A stretch of DNA of 64,000 nt from Eledone cirrhosa. Taxonomy: Eukaryota. The notes beneath the pieces are model-generated. The model did no database searches and was not told the origin of the DNA. It saw nothing but the letters and a program-made list of their open reading frames with translations. A program made the translations under genes and the position numbers. Position 1 is the first letter of the stretch. Every line of letters begins with the position of its first letter. The stretch lies in NCBI GenBank assembly GCA_964016885.1, contig OZ024744.1, positions 12,896,001-12,960,000 on the forward strand, written 5' to 3'. Of the stretch, positions 41,900-56,362 are shown piece after piece.

Positions 41900-44799
41900 G
41901 AGAGATCACAACTGCCATACTATGGACATGTGGTTAGAATGTCTCAGTAGATCAGAGGGTCACTCCAGTTAAAGCCACTCTCTAAATTAAGAGATCACAA
42001 CTATAATACTATGGTCATGTGGTTAGAATGTCTCAGTAGATCAGAGAGTCACTCCAGTTAAAGACACTAATTCTCTAAATTGAGAGATCACAACTCCCAT
42101 ACTATGGACATGGGGTTAGAATGTCTTAGTAGATCAGAGAGTCACTCCAGTTAAAGCCACTCTCTAAATTGAGAGATCGCAACTCCCATACTATGGACAT
42201 GTGGTTAGAATGTCTCAGTAGATCAGAGTGTCACTCCAGTTAAAGCTACTCTCTAAAATGAGAGATCACAACTCCAATACTATGGTCATGTGGTTAGAAT
42301 GTCTCAGTAGATCAGAGTGTCACTCCAGTTAAAGCCACTCTCTAAATTGAGAGATCGCAACTCCCATACTACGGACATGTGATTAGAATGTCTCAGTAGA
42401 TCAGAGTGTCACTCGAGTTAAAGCTACTCCTTAAATTGAGAGATCACAACTCCAATACTACAGACATGTGGTTAGAATGTCTCAGTAGATTAGAGTGTCA
42501 CTCTAGTTAAAGCTACTAATTCTCTAAATTGAGAGATCAGAACTCCCATACTATGGACATGTGTTTAGAATGTCTCAGTAGATCAGAGTGTCACTCCAGT
42601 TAAAGCTACTAATTCCCTAAATTGAGAGATGACAATTCCCATACTATGGACATGTGCTTAGAATGTCTCAGTAGATCAGAGTGTCACTACAGTTAAAGCT
42701 ACTAATTCTCTAAATTGAGAGATCACAACTCCAATACTATGAACATGTTGTTAGAACGTCTTAGTAGATCAGAGTGTCACTCCAGTTAAAGCGACTCTCT
42801 AAATTGCGAGATGACAACACCAATACTATGGACATGGGGTTTGAATGTCTCAGTAGATCAGAGTGTCACTCCAGTTAAAGCCACTCTCTAAATTGAGAGA
42901 TCACAACTCCAATACTATGGACATTGATTTAGCATGTCTCAGTAGATAAGAGAGTCACTTCAGTTAAAGCCACTCTCTAAATTGAGATATCACAACTCCA
43001 ATACTATGGACATGAGGTTAGAATCTCTCAGTAGTTCAGAGTGTCACTCCAGTTAAAGCTACTCTGTAAATTGAGAGATCACAACTCCAATATTATGGTC
43101 ATGTGGTTAGAATGTCTCAGTAGATCAGAGAGTCACTCCACTTAAAGCCACCAATTCTCTAAATTGAGAGATCACAACTCCCATACTATGGACATGTGGT
43201 TAGAATGTCTCAGTAGATCAGTGAGTCACTCCAATTAAAGCAACTCTGTAAATTGAGAGATCACAACTCCGATACTATGGACATGTGGTTAGAATTTCTC
43301 AGTAGATCAGAGTGTCACTCCAGTTAAAGCCACTCTCTAAATAGAGAGATCAAAACTCCAATACTATGGACATGTTGTTAGAATGTCTCAGTAGATCAGA
43401 GTGTCACTCCAGTTAAAGCTACTCTCTAAATTGAGACATCACAACTCCCATACTATGGACATGGGGTTAGAATGTCTCAGTAGATCAGAGTGTCAATCCA
43501 CTTAAAGCCACTCTCTAAATTGAGAGATCACAACTCCCATACTATGGACATGTGGTTAGAATGTCTCAGTCGATCAGAGAGTCACTCCAGTTAAAACTAC
43601 TAATTCTCTAAATTGAGAGATGACAACTCCCATACTATGGACATGTGGTTAGAATGTCTCAGTAGATCAGAGTGTCACTCCAGTTAAAGCTACTAATTCT
43701 CTAAATTGAGAGATGAGAACTCCCATACTATGGACATGTGGTTAGAATGTCTCAGTAGATCAGAGAGTCACTCCAGTTAAAGCTACTCTCTAAATTGAGA
43801 GATCACAACTCCAATACTACAGACATGTGGTTAGAATGTCTCAGTAGATAAGAGTGTCACTCCAGTTAAAGCTACTCTCTAAATTGAGAGATCACAACTC
43901 CAATACTATGGACATCGGTTTAGAATGTCTCAGTAGATCAGAGAGTCACTCCAATTAAAGCCACTCTGTAAATTGAGAGATCACAACTCCCATACTATGG
44001 AAATGTGGTTAGAACGTCTCAGTAGATCAGAGAGTCACTCCAGTTAAAGCCACTCTCTAAATTGAGAGATCACAACACCCATACTATGGACATGTGGTTA
44101 GAATGTTTCAGTCGATCAGAGAGTCACTCCAGTTAAAACTACTAATTCTCTAAATTGAGAGATCACAACTCCGATAATATGGACATGTGGTTAGAATGTC
44201 TCAGTAGATCAGAGAGTCACTCCAGTTAAAGCAACTCTCTAAATTGAGAGATCACAACTCCAATACTACAGACATGTGGTTAGAATGTCTCAGTAGATCA
44301 GAGAGTCACTCCAGTTAAAGCTACTCTGTAAATTGAGAGATCACAACTCCAATACTACAGACATGTGGTTAGAATGTCTCAGTAGATTAGAGTGTCACTC
44401 CAGTTAAAGCTACTAATTCTCTAAATTGAGAGATCACAACTCCCATACTATGGACATGTGTTTAGAATGTCTCAGTAGATCAGAGTGTCACTCCAGTTAA
44501 AGCTACTAATTCTCTAAATTGAGAGATCACAATTCCCATACTATGGACATGTGGTTAGAATGTCTCAGTAGATCAGAGAGTCACTCCAGTTAAAGCTACT
44601 CTCTAAATTGAGAGATCACAACTCCAATACTACAGACATGGGGTTTGAATGTCTCAGTAGATCAGAGAGTCACTCCAGTTAAAGCTACTAATTCTCTAAA
44701 TTGAGAGATCACAACTCCAATACTATGGACATGTGGTTAGAATGTCTCAGTAGATCAGAGTGTCACTCCAGTTAAAGCTACTCTCTAAATTGAGAGATC
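41900..44799. repeat. Copy of block ~36390-39379 (offset 5509, then 5420 after loss of one 89-bp monomer)
   Basis: 36401/41910 AACTGCC, 36901/42410 CACTCGAG, 37191/42611 AATTCCCT, 38491/43911 GACATCGG, 39221/44641 GGGTTTGA. Confidence 0.92.
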
Positions 44800-47700
44800 G
44801 CAACTCCCATACTATGGACATGTGGTTAGAATGTCTCAGTAGATCAGAGTGTCACTCCAGTTAAAGCTACTCTCTAAAATGAGAGATCACAACTCCAATA
44901 CTATGGTCATGTGGTTAGAATGTCTCAGTAGATCAGAGTGTCACTCCAGTTAAAGCCACTCTCTAAATTGAGAGATCGCAACTCCCATACTACGGACATG
45001 TGATTAGAATGTCTCAGTAGATCAGAGTGTCACTCGAGTTAAAGCTACTCCTTAAATTGAGAGATCACAACTCCAATACTACAGACATGTGGTTAGAATG
45101 TCTCAGTAGAACAGAGTGTCACTCCAGTTAAAGCCACTCTCTAAATTGAGAGATCACAACTCCAATACTACAGACATGTGGTTAGAATGTCTCAGTAGAT
45201 TAGAGTGTCACTCTAGTTAAAGCTACTAATTCTCTAAATTGAGAGATCAGAACTCCCATACTATGGACATGTGTTTAGAATGTCTCAGTAGATCAGAGTG
45301 TCACTCCAGTTAAAGCTACTAATTCCCTAAATTGAGAGATGACAATTCCCATACTATGGACATGTGCTTAGAATGTCTCAGTAGATCAGAGTGTCACTAC
45401 AGTTAAAGCTACTAATTCTCTAAATTGAGAGATCACAACTCCAATACTATGAACATGTTGTTAGAACGTCTTAGTAGATCAGAGTGTCACTCCAGTTAAA
45501 GCGACTCTCTAAATTGCGAGATGACAACACCAATACTATGGACATGGGGTTTGAATGTCTCAGTAGATCAGAGTGTCACTCCAGTTAAAGCCACTCTCTA
45601 AATTGAGAGATCACAACTCCAATACTATGGACATTGATTTAGCATGTCTCAGTAGATAAGAGAGTCACTTCAGTTAAAGCCACTCTCTAAATTGAGAGAT
45701 CACAACTCCAATACTATGGACATGAGGTTAGAATCTCTCAGTAGTTCAGAGTGTCACTCCAGTTAAAGCTACTCTGTAAATTGAGAGATCACAACTCCAA
45801 TATTATGGTCATGTGGTTAGAATGTCTCAGTAGATCAGAGAGTCACTCCACTTAAAGCCACCAATTCTCTAAATTGAGAGATCACAACTCCCATACTATG
45901 GACATGTGGTTAGAATGTCTCAGTAGATCAGTGAGTCACTCCAATTAAAGCCACTCTGTAAATTGAGAGATCACAACTCCCATACTATGGAAATGTGGTT
46001 AGAACGTCTCAGTAGATCAGAGAGTCACTCCAGTTAAAGCCACTCTCTAAATTGAGAGATCACAACACCCATACTATGGACATGTGGTTAGAATGTTTCA
46101 GTCGATCAGAGAGTCACTCCAGTTAAAACTACTAATTCTCTAAATTGAGAGATCACAACTCCGATAATATGGACATGTGGTTAGAATGTCTCAGTAGATC
46201 AGAGAGTCACTCCAGTTAAAGCAACTCTCTAAATTGAGAGATCACAACTCCAATACTACAGACATGTGGTTAGAATGTCTCAGTAGATCAGAGAGTCACT
46301 CCAGTTAAAGCTACTCTGTAAATTGAGAGATCACAACTCCAATACTACAGACATGTGGTTAGAATGTCTCAGTAGATTAGAGTGTCACTCCAGTTAAAGC
46401 TACTAATTCTCTAAATTGAGAGATCACAACTCCCATACTATGGACATGTGTTTAGAATGTCTCAGTAGATCAGAGTGTCACTCCAGTTAAAGCTACTAAT
46501 TCTCTAAATTGAGAGATCACAATTCCCATACTATGGACATGTGGTTAGAATGTCTCAGTAGATCAGAGAGTCACTCCAGTTAAAGCTACTCTCTAAATTG
46601 AGAGATCACAACTCCAATACTACAGACATGGGGTTTGAATGTCTCAGTAGATCAGAGAGTCACTCCAGTTAAAGCTACTAATTCTCTAAATTGAGAGATC
46701 ACAACTCCAATACTATGGACATGTGGTTAGAATGTCTCAGTAGATCAGAGTGTCACTCCAGTTAAAGCTACTCTCTAAATTGAGAGATCGCAACTCCCAT
46801 ACTATGGACATGTGGTTAGAATGTCTCAGTAGATCAGAGTGTCACTCCAGTTAAAGCTACTCTCTAAAATGAGAGATCACAACTCCAATACTATGGTCAT
46901 GTGGTTAGAATGTCTCAGTAGATCAGAGTGTCACTCCAGTTAAAGCCACTCTCTAAATTGAGAGATCGCAACTCCCATACTACGGACATGTGATTAGAAT
47001 GTCTCAGTAGATCAGAGTGTCACTCGAGTTAAAGCTACTCCTTAAATTGAGAGATCACAACTCCAATACTACAGACATGTGGTTAGAATGTCTCAGTAGA
47101 ACAGAGTGTCACTCCAGTTAAAGCCACTCTCTAAATTGAGAGATCACAACTCCAATACTACAGACATGTGGTTAGAATGTCTCAGTAGATTAGAGTGTCA
47201 CTCTAGTTAAAGCTACTAATTCTCTAAATTGAGAGATCAGAACTCCCATACTATGGACATGTGTTTAGAATGTCTCAGTAGATCAGAGTGTCACTCCAGT
47301 TAAAGCTACTAATTCCCTAAATTGAGAGATGACAATTCCCATACTATGGACATGTGCTTAGAATGTCTCAGTAGATCAGAGTGTCACTACAGTTAAAGCT
47401 ACTAATTCTCTAAATTGAGAGATCACAACTCCAATACTATGAACATGTTGTTAGAACGTCTTAGTAGATCAGAGTGTCACTCCAGTTAAAGCGACTCTCT
47501 AAATTGCGAGATGACAACACCAATACTATGGACATGGGGTTTGAATGTCTCAGTAGATCAGAGTGTCACTCCAGTTAAAGCCACTCTCTAAATTGAGAGA
47601 TCACAACTCCAATACTATGGACATTGATTTAGCATGTCTCAGTAGATAAGAGAGTCACTTCAGTTAAAGCCACTCTCTAAATTGAGAGATCACAACTCCA

Positions 47701-47941
47701 ATACTATGGACATGAGGTTAGAATCTCTCAGTAGTTCAGAGTGTCACTCCAGTTAAAGCTACTCTGTAAATTGAGAGATCACAACTCCAATATTATGGTC
47801 ATGTGGTTAGAATGTCTCAGTAGATCAGAGAGTCACTCCACTTAAAGCCACCAATTCTCTAAATTGAGAGATCACAACTCCCATACTATGGACATGTGGT
47901 TAGAATGTCTCAGTAGATCAGTGAGTCACTCCAATTAAAGC
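43943..47941. repeat. Tandem duplication of a 1990-bp (22-monomer) block
   Basis: Offset 1990 = 22x89+8x4 at 44001/45991, 44101/46091 GAATGTTTCA, 44791/46781 GAGATCG, 45031/47021 CACTCGAG. Confidence 0.94.
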
Positions 47942-50900
47942 AACTCTGTAAATTGAGAGATCACAACTCCGATACTATGGACATGTGGTTAGAATTTCTC
48001 AGTAGATCAGAGTGTCACTCCAGTTAAAGCCACTCTCTAAATAGAGAGATCAAAACTCCAATACTATGGACATGTGGTTAGAATGTCTCAGTAGATCAGA
48101 GTGTCACTCCAGTTAAAGCTACTCTCTAAATTGAGACATCACAACTCCCATACTATGGACATGGGGTTAGAATGTCTCAGTAGATCAGAGTGTCAATCCA
48201 CTTAAAGCCACTCTCTAAATTGAGAGATCACAACTCCCATACTATGGACATGTGGTTAGAATGTCTCAGTCGATCAGAGAGTCACTCCAGTTAAAACTAC
48301 TAATTCTCTAAATTGAGAGATGACAACTCCCATACTATGGACATGTGGTTAGAATGTCTCAGTAGATCAGAGTGTCACTCCAGTTAAAGCTACTCTCTAA
48401 ATTGAGAGAGCACAACTCCAATACTATGGACATGTGGTTAGAATGTCTCAGTAGATAAGAGAGTCACTCCAGTTAAAGCTACTCTCTAAATTGAGAGATC
48501 ACAACTCCAATACTACAGACATGTGGTTAGAATGTCTCAGTAGATAAGAGTGTCACTCCAGTTAAAGCTACTCTCTAAATTGAGAGATCACAACTCCAAT
48601 ACTATGGACATCGGTTTAGAATGTCTCAGTAGATCAGAGAGTCACTCCAATTAAAGCCACTCTGTAAATTGAGAGATCACAACTCCCATACTATGGAAAT
48701 GTGGTTAGAACGTCTCAGTAGATCAGAGAGTCACTCCAGTTAAAGCCACTCTCTAAATTGAGAGATCACAACACCCATACTATGGACATGTGGTTAGAAT
48801 GTCTCAGTCGATCAGAGAGTCACTCCAGTTAAAACTACTAATTCTCTAAATTGAGAGATCACAACTCCGATAATATGGACATGTGGTTAGAATGTCTCAG
48901 TAGATCAGAGAGTCACTCCAGTTAAAGCAACTCTCTAAATTGAGAGATCACAACTCCAATACTACAGACATGTGGTTAGAATGTCTCAGTAGATCAGAGA
49001 GTCACTCCAGTTAAAGCTACTCTGTAAATTGAGAGATCACAACTCCAATACTACAGACATGTGGTTAGAATGTCTCAGTATATTAGAGTGTCACTCCAGT
49101 TAAAGCTACTAATTCTCTAAATTGAGAGATCACAACTCCCATACTATGGACATGTGTTTAGAATGTCTCAGTAGATCAGAGTGTCACTCCAGTTAAAGCT
49201 ACTAATTCTCTAAATTGAGAGATCACAATTCCCATACTATGGACATGTAGTTAGAATGTCTCAGTAGATCAGAGAGTCACTCCAGTTAAAGCTACTCTCT
49301 AAATTGAGAGATCACAACTCCAATACTACAGACATGGGGTTTGAATGTCTCAGTAGATCAGAGAGTCACTCCAGTTAAAGCTACTAATTCTCTAAATTGA
49401 GAGATCACAACTCCAATACTATGGACATGTGGTTAGAATGTCTCAGTAGATCAGAGTGTCACTCCAGTTAAAGCTACTCTCTAAATTGAGAGATCACAAC
49501 ACCAATACTATGGACATGGGGTTTGAATGTCTCAGTAGATCAGAGTGTCACTCCAGTTAAAGCTACTCTCTAAATTGAGAGATCACAACTCCAATACTAT
49601 GGACATTGATTTAGCATCTCTCAGTAGATAAGAGAGTCACTTCAGTTAAAGCCACTCTCTGAATTGAGAGATCACAACTCCAATACTATGGACATGTGGT
49701 TAGAATCTCTCAGTAGTTCAGAATGTCACTCCAGTTAAAGCTACTCTGTAAATTGAGAGATCACAACTTCAATATTATGGTCATGTGGTTAGAATGTCTC
49801 AGTAGATCAGAGAGTCACTCCACTTAAGGCCACTAATTCTCTAAATTGAGAGATCACAACTCCAATATTATGGACATGTGGTTAGAATGTCTCAGTAGAT
49901 CAGAGAGTCACTCCAGTTAAAGACACTAATTCTCTAAATTGAGAGATCACAACTCCCATACTATGGACATGTGGTTAGAATGTCTCAGTAGATCAGAGAG
50001 TCACTCCAGTTAAAGCTACTAATTCTCTAAATTGAGAGATGAGAACTCCCGTACTATGGACATGTGGTTAGAATGTCTCAGTAGATCAGAGAGTCACTCC
50101 AGTTAAAGCTACTCTCCAAATTGAGAGATCACAACTCCCATACTATGGACATTGGTTTAGAATGTCTCAGTAGATCAGAGTGTCACTCCAGTTAAAGCTA
50201 CTCTGTAAATTGAGAGATCACAACTCCAATACTACAGACATGTGGTTAGAATGTCTCAGTAGAACAGAGTGTCACTCCAGTTAAAGCCACTCTCTAAATT
50301 GAGAGATCACAACTCCAATACTACAGGCATGTGGTTAGAATGTCTCAATAGATTAGAGTGTCACTCAAGTTAAAGCTACTAATTCTCTAAATTGAGAGAT
50401 CACAACTCCCATAATATGGACATGTGGTTAGAATGTCTCAGTAGATCAGAGAGTCACTCCAGTTAAAGCAACTCTCTAAATTGAGAGATCACAACTCCCA
50501 TACTATGGACATTGGTTTAGAATGTCTCAGTAGATCAGAGTGTCACTCCAGTTAAAGCTACTCTGTAAATTGAGAGATCACAACTCCAATACTACAGACA
50601 TGTGGTTAGAATGTCTCAGTAGAACAGAGTGTCACTCCAGTTAAAGCCACTCTCTAAATTGAGAGATCACAACTCCAATACTACAGACATGTGGTTAGAA
50701 TGTCTCAGTAGATTAGAGTGTCACTCCAGTTAAAGCTACTAATTCTCTAAATTGAGAGATCACAACTCCCATACTATGGACATGGGGTTAGAATGTCTCA
50801 GTAGATCAGAGTGTCACTCCAGTTAAAGCTACTAATTCTCTAAATTGAGAGATCACAATTCCCATACTATGGACATGTGGTTAGAATGTCTCAGTAGATC

Positions 50901-51850
50901 AGAGAGTCACTTCAGTAAAAGCTACTCTCTAAATTGAGAGATCACAACTCCCATACTATGGAAATGTGGTTAGAACGTCTCAGTAGATCAGAGAGTCACT
51001 CCAGTTAAAGCCACTCTCTAAATTGAGAGATCACAACTCCCATACTATGGACATGTGGTTAGAATGTCTCAGTCGATCAGAGAGTCACTCCAGTTAAAAC
51101 TACTAATTCTCTAAATTGAGAGATCACAACTCCGATAATATGGACATGTGGTTAGAATGTCTCAGTAGATCAGAGAGTCACTCCAGTTAAAGCTACTCTC
51201 TAAATTGAGAGATCACAACTCCAATACTATGGACATTGATTTAGCATGTCTCAATAGATAAGAGAGTCACTTCAGTTAAAGCCACTCTCTAAATTGAGAG
51301 ATCACAACTCCAATACTATGAACATGTGGTTAGAATCTCTCAGTAGTTCAGAGTGTCACTCCAGTTAAAGCTACTCTGTAAATTGAGAGATCACAACTCC
51401 AATATTATGGTCATGTGGTTAGAATGTCTCAGTAGATCAGAGTGTCATTCCAGTTAAAGCTACTAATTCACTAGATTGAGAGATCACAACTCCCATACTG
51501 TGGACATGTGGTTAGAATGTCTCAGTAGATCAGAGTGTCACTCCAGTTAAAGCTACTCTCTAAATTGAGAGATCACAACTCCAATATTATTGTCATGTGG
51601 TTAGAATGTCTCAGTTGATCAGAGTGTCACTCAAGTTAAAGCTACTAATACTCTAAATTGAGAGATCACAACTCCCATAATATGGACATGTGGTTAGAAT
51701 GTCTCAGTAGATCAGAGAGTCACTCCAGTTAAAGCAACTCTCTAAATTGAGAGATCACAACTCCAATACTACAGACATGTGGTTAGAAAGTCTCAGTAGA
51801 TCAGAGAGTCACTCCAGTTAAAGCTACTCTCTAAATTGAGAGATCACAAC
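46781..51850. repeat. Copy of ~5-kb block 36661-~41735 (offset 10120, then 10116)
   Basis: 36661/46781, 38491/48607, 39651/49767, 40201/50317, 40801/50917, 41671/51787. Confidence 0.9.
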
Positions 51851-54660
51851 TCCAATACTACAGACATGTGGTTAGAATGTCTCAGTATATTAGAGTGTCA
51901 CTCCAGTTAAAGCTACTAATTCTCTAAATTGAGAGATCACAACTCCCATACTATGGACATGTGTTTAGAATGTCTCAGTAGATCAGAGTGTCACTCCAGT
52001 TAAAGCTACTAATTCTCTAAATTGAGAGATCACAATTCCCATACTATGGACATGTAGTTAGAATGTCTCAGTAGATCAGAGAGTCACTCCAGTTAAAGCT
52101 ACTCTCTAAATTGAGAGATCACAACTCCAATACTACAGACATGGGGTTTGAATGTCTCAGTAGATCAGAGAGTCACTCCAGTTAAAGCTACTAATTCTCT
52201 AAATTGAGAGATCACAACTCCAATACTATGGACATGTGGTTAGAATGTCTCAGTAGATCAGAGTGTCACTCCAGTTAAAGCTACTCTCTAAATTGAGAGA
52301 TCACAACACCAATACTATGGACATGGGGTTTGAATGTCTCAGTAGATCAGAGTGTCACTCCAGTTAAAGCTACTCTCTAAATTGAGAGATCACAACTCCA
52401 ATACTATGGACATTGATTTAGCATGTCTCAGTAGATAAGAGAGTCACTTCAGTTAAAGCCACTCTCTGAATTGAGAGATCACAACTCCAATACTATGGAC
52501 ATGTGGTTAGAATCTCTCAGTAGTTCAGAGTGTCACTCCAGTTAAAGCTACTCTGTAAATTGAGAGATCACAACTTCAATATTATGGTCATGTGGTTAGA
52601 ATGTCTCAGTAGATCAGAGAGTCACTCCACTTAAGGCCACTAATTCTCTAAATTGAGAGATCACAACTCCAATATTATGGACATGTGGTTAGAATGTCTC
52701 AGTAGATCAGAGAGTCACTCCAGTTAAAGACACTAATTCTCTAAATTGAGAGATCACAACTCCCATACTATGGACATGTGGTTAGAATGTCTCAGTAGAT
52801 CAGAGAGTCACTCCAGTTAAAGCTACTAATTCTCTAAATTGAGAGATGAGAACTCCCGTACTATGGACATGTGGTTAGAATGTCTCAGTAGATCAGAGAG
52901 TCACTCCAGTTAAAGCTACTCTCCAAATTGAGAGATCACAACTCCCATACTATGGACATTGGTTTAGAATGTCTCAGTAGATCAGAGTGTCACTCCAGTT
53001 AAAGCTACTCTGTAAATTGAGAGATCACAACTCCAATACTACAGACATGTGGTTAGAATGTCTCAGTAGAACAGAGTGTCACTCCAGTTAAAGCCACTCT
53101 CTAAATTGAGAGATCACAACTCCAATACTACAGGCATGTGGTTAGAATGTCTCAATAGATTAGAGTGTCACTCAAGTTAAAGCTACTAATTCTCTAAATT
53201 GAGAGATCACAACTCCCATAATATGGACATGTGGTTAGAATGTCTCAGTAGATCAGAGAGTCACTCCAGTTAAAGCAACTCTCTAAATTGAGAGATCACA
53301 ACTCCCATACTATGGACATTGGTTTAGAATGTCTCAGTAGATCAGAGTGTCACTCCAGTTAAAGCTACTCTGTAAATTGAGAGATCACAACTCCAATACT
53401 ACAGACATGTGGTTAGAATGTCTCAGTAGAACAGAGTGTCACTCCAGTTAAAGCCACTCTCTAAATTGAGAGATCACAACTCCAATACTACAGACATGTG
53501 GTTAGAATGTCTCAGTAGATTAGAGTGTCACTCCAGTTAAAGCTACTAATTCTCTAAATTGAGAGATCACAACTCCCATACTATGGACATGTGTTTAGAA
53601 TGTCTCAGTAGATCAGAGTGTCACTCCAGTTAAAGCTACTAATTCTCTAAATTGAGAGATCACAATTCCCATACTATGGACATGTGGTTAGAATGTCTCA
53701 GTAGATCAGAGAGTCACTTCAGTAAAAGCTACTCTCTAAATTGAGAGATCACAACTCCCATACTATGGAAATGTGGTTAGAACGTCTCAGTAGATCAGAG
53801 AGTCACTCCAGTTAAAGCCACTCTCTAAATTGAGAGATCACAACTCCCATACTATGGACATGTGGTTAGAACGTCTCAGTCGATCAGAGAGTCACTCCAG
53901 TTAAAACTACTAATTCTCTAAATTGAGAGATCACAACTCCGATAATATGGACATGTGGTTAGAATGTCTCAGTAGATCAGAGAGTCACTCCAGTTAAAGC
54001 TACTCTCTAAATTGAGAGATCACAACTCCAATACTATGGACATTGATTTAGCATGTCTCAATAGATAAGAGAGTCACTTCAGTTAAAGCCACTCTCTAAA
54101 TTGAGAGATCACAACTCCAATACTATGAACATGTGGTTAGAATCTCTCAGTAGTTCAGAGTGTCACTCCAGTTAAAGCTACTCTGTAAATTGAGAGATCA
54201 CAACTCCAATATTATGGTCATGTGGTTAGAATGTCTCAGTAGATCAGAGTGTCATTCCAGTTAAAGCTACTAATTCACTAGATTGAGAGATCACAACTCC
54301 CATACTGTGGACATGTGGTTAGAATGTCTCAGTAGATCAGAGTGTCACTCCAGTTAAAGCTACTCTCTAAATTGAGAGATCACAACTCCAATATTATTGT
54401 CATGTGGTTAGAATGTCTCAGTTGATCAGAGTGTCACTCAAGTTAAAGCTACTAATACTCTAAATTGAGAGATCACAACTCCCATAATATGGACATGTGG
54501 TTAGAATGTCTCAGTAGATCAGAGAGTCACTCCAGTTAAAGCAACTCTCTAAATTGAGAGATCACAACTCCAATACTACAGACATGTGGTTAGAAAGTCT
54601 CAGTAGATCAGAGAGTCACTCCAGTTAAAGCTACTCTCTAAATTGAGAGATCACAACTCC
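49025..54660. repeat. Tandem duplication of a 2807-bp (31-monomer) block
   Basis: Offset 2807 = 31x89+12x4 at 49081/51888 TATTAG, 50041/52848 GAGAACTCCCG, 51781/54588 GGTTAGAAAG. A few substitutions separate the copies. Confidence 0.93.
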
Positions 54661-56362
54661 CATACTATGGACATGTGTTTAGAATGTCTCAGTAGATCAG
54701 AGAGTCACTCCAATTAAAGCACCTCTGTAAATTGAGATATCACAACTCCGATACTATGGAAATGGGGTTAGAATGTCTCAGTAGATCAGAGAACATCTCC
54801 AGTTAAAGCTACTCTCTAAATTGAGAGATCACAACTCCCATACTATGGACCTGTGGTTTGAATGTCTCAGTAGATCAGAGTGTCACTCCACTTAAAGCCA
54901 CTCTCTAAATTGAGAGATCACAACTCCGATACTATGGACATGGGGTTAGAATGTCAAAGTAGATCAGAGAGTATCTCCACTTAAAGCCACTCTCTAAATT
55001 GAGAGATCACAACTCCCATACTATGGACATGTGGTTAGAATGTCTCAGTAGATCAGAGAGTCACTCCAATTAAAGCTACCAATTCTCTAAATTGAGAGAT
55101 CACGACTCCCATACTATGGACATGTGGTTAGAATGTCTCAGTAGATCAGAGAGTCACTCCAGTTAAAGCAACTCTCTAAATTGAGAGATCACAACTCCAA
55201 TACTACAGACATGTGGTTAGAATGTCTCAGTAGATCAGAGAGTCACTCCAGTTAAAGCCACTCTCTAAATTGAGAGATCACAACTCCAATACTATGGACA
55301 TGTGGTTAGAGTGTCTCAGTAGATCAGAGAGTCACTCCAGTTAAAGCTACTCTCTAAATTGAGAGATCACAACTCCAATATTATTGTCATGTGGTTAGAA
55401 TGTCTCAGTTGATCAGAGTGTCACTCAAGTTAAAGCTACTAATACTCTAAATTGAGAGATCACAACTCCCATAATATGGACATGTGGTTAGAATGTCTCA
55501 GTAGATCAGAGAGTCACTCCAGTTAAAGCAACTCTCTAAATTGAGAGATCACAACTCCAATACTACAGACATGTGGTTAGAAAGTCTCAGTAGATCAGAG
55601 AGTCACTCCAGTTAAAGCTACTCTCTAAATTGAGAGATCACAACTCCCATACTATGGACATGTGTTTAGAATGTCTCAGTAGATCAGAGAGTCACTCCAA
55701 TTAAAGCACCTCTGTAAATTGAGATATCACAACTCCGATACTATGGAAATGGGGTTAGAATGTCTCAGTAGATCAGAGAACATCTCCAGTTAAAGCTACT
55801 CTCTAAATTGAGAGATCACAACTCCCATACTATGGACCTGTGGTTAGAATGTCTCAGTAGATCAGAGTGTCACTCCACTTAAAGCCACTCTCTAAATTGA
55901 GAGATCACAACTCCGATACTATGGACATGGGGTTAGAATGTCAAAGTAGATCAGAGAGTATCTCCACTTAAAGCCACTCTCTAAATTGAGAGATCACAAC
56001 TCCCATACTATGGACATGTGGTTAGAATGTCTCAGTAGATCAGAGAGTCACTCCAATTAAAGCTACCAATTCTCTAAATTGAGAGATCACGACTCCCATA
56101 CTATGGACATGTGGTTAGAACGTCTCAGTAGATCAGAGAGTCACTCCAGTTAAAGCAACTCTCTAAATTGAGAGATCACAACTCCAATACTACAGACATG
56201 TGGTTAGAATGTCTCAGTAGATCAGAGAGTCACTCCAGTTAAAGCCACTCTCTAAATTGAGAGATCACAACTCCAATACTATGGACATGTGGTTAGAGTG
56301 TCTCAGTAGATCAGAGAGTCACTCCAGTTAAAGCTACTCTCTAAATTGAGAGATCACAACTC
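54345..56362. repeat. Tandem duplication of a 987-bp (11-monomer) block
   Basis: Offset 987 = 11x89+2x4 at 54391/55378 ATATTATTG, 54791/55778 GAACATC, 55311/56298 GTGTCTC. Confidence 0.93.

Larger units (their letters stand above)
32801..56070. repeat. Variant domain C of the array
   Basis: Diagnostic alleles ATTGATTTAGCATG..GATAAG..CTTCAG, AATCTCTCAGTAGTTC, AATATTATGGTC, CTCGAG..CCTTAAA and GGAAATGTGG. First seen near 33.08 kb; this type returns at about 59.8-61.7 kb. Confidence 0.7.
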
